From Massalongia carnosa (lineage: Eukaryota): 64,000 nt of DNA. Shown here in pieces: positions 62,817-64,000 of the stretch. The stretch lies in the NCBI GenBank assembly GCA_965645245.1, contig OZ287068.1:3162001-3226000 (forward strand), read 5' to 3'. The notes beneath the pieces were generated by a model that saw nothing but the letters and a program-made list of their open reading frames with translations, made no database searches and was not told the origin of the DNA. Position 1 is the first letter of the stretch; each line of letters begins with the position of its first letter. The position numbers and the translations under genes are program-made.

Positions 62817-64000
62817 AATTGATCGTCATTGTTGAGAAGTTCTTCGTTAGTGCTTGGCGTCCTGATGCGTGGACGACCTCTCACCGGCTTGGCGAAGGCC
62901 ATTTCTCGAATCTCCGGATTCATCATTCTTGTCGTTCTCCATTCTTCTCTTCCTCGTAGGGGCTTCTCTCTATCCTCTCTCCTGGGCGATAATGATCGCG
63001 ATCGTGCCACCAGCGGTCTTCCTGCGAGGTTCGTGCTTGGCTTTCTTTTTCTTATTGTTTCCATAGCCTCTGTCATTTCTTCATCGTTTGTCTCCTGTAC
63101 CTCTTCCTCCTCTACTATGGTGCTCCCTGTCCCGTCGGTCTGGCTTCGTTGGGTGTCTTTGTTGTTGTCGGTTGTGATGATCACTTCGACGTTCTGCAGC
63201 GGTGCGTTGGGAGATGGTGTGCTTTTCGATCCTAATCCTCTTTCCTTTCTCTTTTCCTCTTCTCTCCCGCTCGGAGGTGTTGCGTAAAGTCTTCTAGCGG
63301 AGTCCCTTGCGATTTCCGTTCGATGCTTTCTCTCCTTTCTTGTTCTGCATTCTGCCGCCCATGCTGGGTGGCCTTTTTCTCCACACGCTCCGCATCGTAG
63401 GAACCTCGGCGCCTTGTTGCCGGGGCACGATCGGCTTTCGTGTCTCCCCGCGCAGTATCCACATGTGGTGGGATTTCTGCAGAACTTTGCTATATGGCCG
63501 TATTGTTGACAATTGAAGCATTGTGTGAGCTTGCATCCGGCTTCGAATAGCTCGCACGTCTTGATTTCTCCTCTGTCTGCTAGACCTACGAGGATGAGCC
63601 GATTGGCCATCTCCGCAGTTTCTACCTCGATGTGCATAGACGCGTATCTCTTGTTCTGCTTAATGGCTCTAGTGCTCCATGCCACTCTATTAATTTTTAG
63701 GTCTTCGTGCAGATCCTTGTTTTCTCTTATCAGATATTCTATGGCCTTCATTTGTTTTGGTCCTCGTACATCGTTCATCCGCATGCCGTGTGCTATTACC
63801 GCGTATCCCTCTTTACGAATCGTCGCCGATGCCGCCACATTCTTTATCCATGCTGGTTGTGATTGGAGGCTCTGCTTAGCCTGCGCTGTTTTGGTGTGGA
63901 TTTTCAAATCCCCGCTGGGGAGCTTCCTGATACCCGCTATCTCGCTGTTGGGGATTTTTATAGCTTCTATGATTTCTTTTGTCGTCTTTCTTCCCAAGGC
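62813..64000 (-). CDS. LINE ORF1 gag-like protein (partial)
   Basis: Three zinc knuckles CFNCQQYGHIAKFC, CGYCAGRHESRSC, CGACGEKGHPAWAAEC. Confidence 0.93.
   Translation of the reverse strand, partial: ALGRKTTKEIIEAIKIPNSEIAGIRKLPSGDLKIHTKTAQAKQSLQSQPAWIKNVAASATIRKEGYAVIAHGMRMNDVRGPKQMKAIEYLIRENKDLHEDLKINRVAWSTRAIKQNKRYASMHIEVETAEMANRLILVGLADRGEIKTCELFEAGCKLTQCFNCQQYGHIAKFCRNPTTCGYCAGRHESRSCPGNKAPRFLRCGACGEKGHPAWAAECRTRKERKHRTEIARDSARRLYATPPSGREEEKRKERGLGSKSTPSPNAPLQNVEVIITTDNNKDTQRSQTDGTGSTIVEEEEVQETNDEEMTEAMETIRKRKPSTNLAGRPLVARSRSLSPRREDREKPLRGREEWRTTRMMNPEIREMAFAKPVRGRPRIRTPSTNEELLNNDDQL

Larger units (their letters stand above)
59172..64000 (-). mobile_element. Tad1-clade LINE retrotransposon, 5' end outside window
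   Basis: Two intact ORFs, ~250-bp 3' UTR, and a 3' tail of (AATC)n seen as TGAT repeats at 59172-59191. Confidence 0.95.

Overview
Intron-rich eukaryotic DNA from a filamentous ascomycete (GT-AG introns with CTAAC branch points; narrower taxonomy cannot be fixed from sequence alone). The window has two halves. ~1-37 kb is a gene-dense core block: complex I 75/78-kDa subunit, a secreted Cys-rich protein and its decayed paralogue, Sly41-like transporter, alpha/beta-hydrolase, PUF protein, PEX39-like protein, Scd6/Lsm14 with an intronic C/D snoRNA guiding 18S Am420, CENP-W, RAD57, KDM4/Rph1, Caprin-like protein and a vWA-UBC (E2) fusion. ~38-64 kb is an accessory block: a HET-domain pseudogene with serial TGG>TGA stops, a lone cytochrome P450, then a transposon pile-up resolved from TIRs and TSDs. 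It holds a Tc1 element carrying two solo LTRs (one split by a second Tc1) and an intact piggyBac-like element with a non-TTAA footprint, a CryptonF tyrosine-recombinase element abutting a 5'-truncated MULE, another Tc1 of the first family split by a solo LTR, and an intact Tad1-like LINE running off the window end. The most unusual observation is that the two diverged Tc1 family members appear to sit at the same position within homologous flanking DNA.
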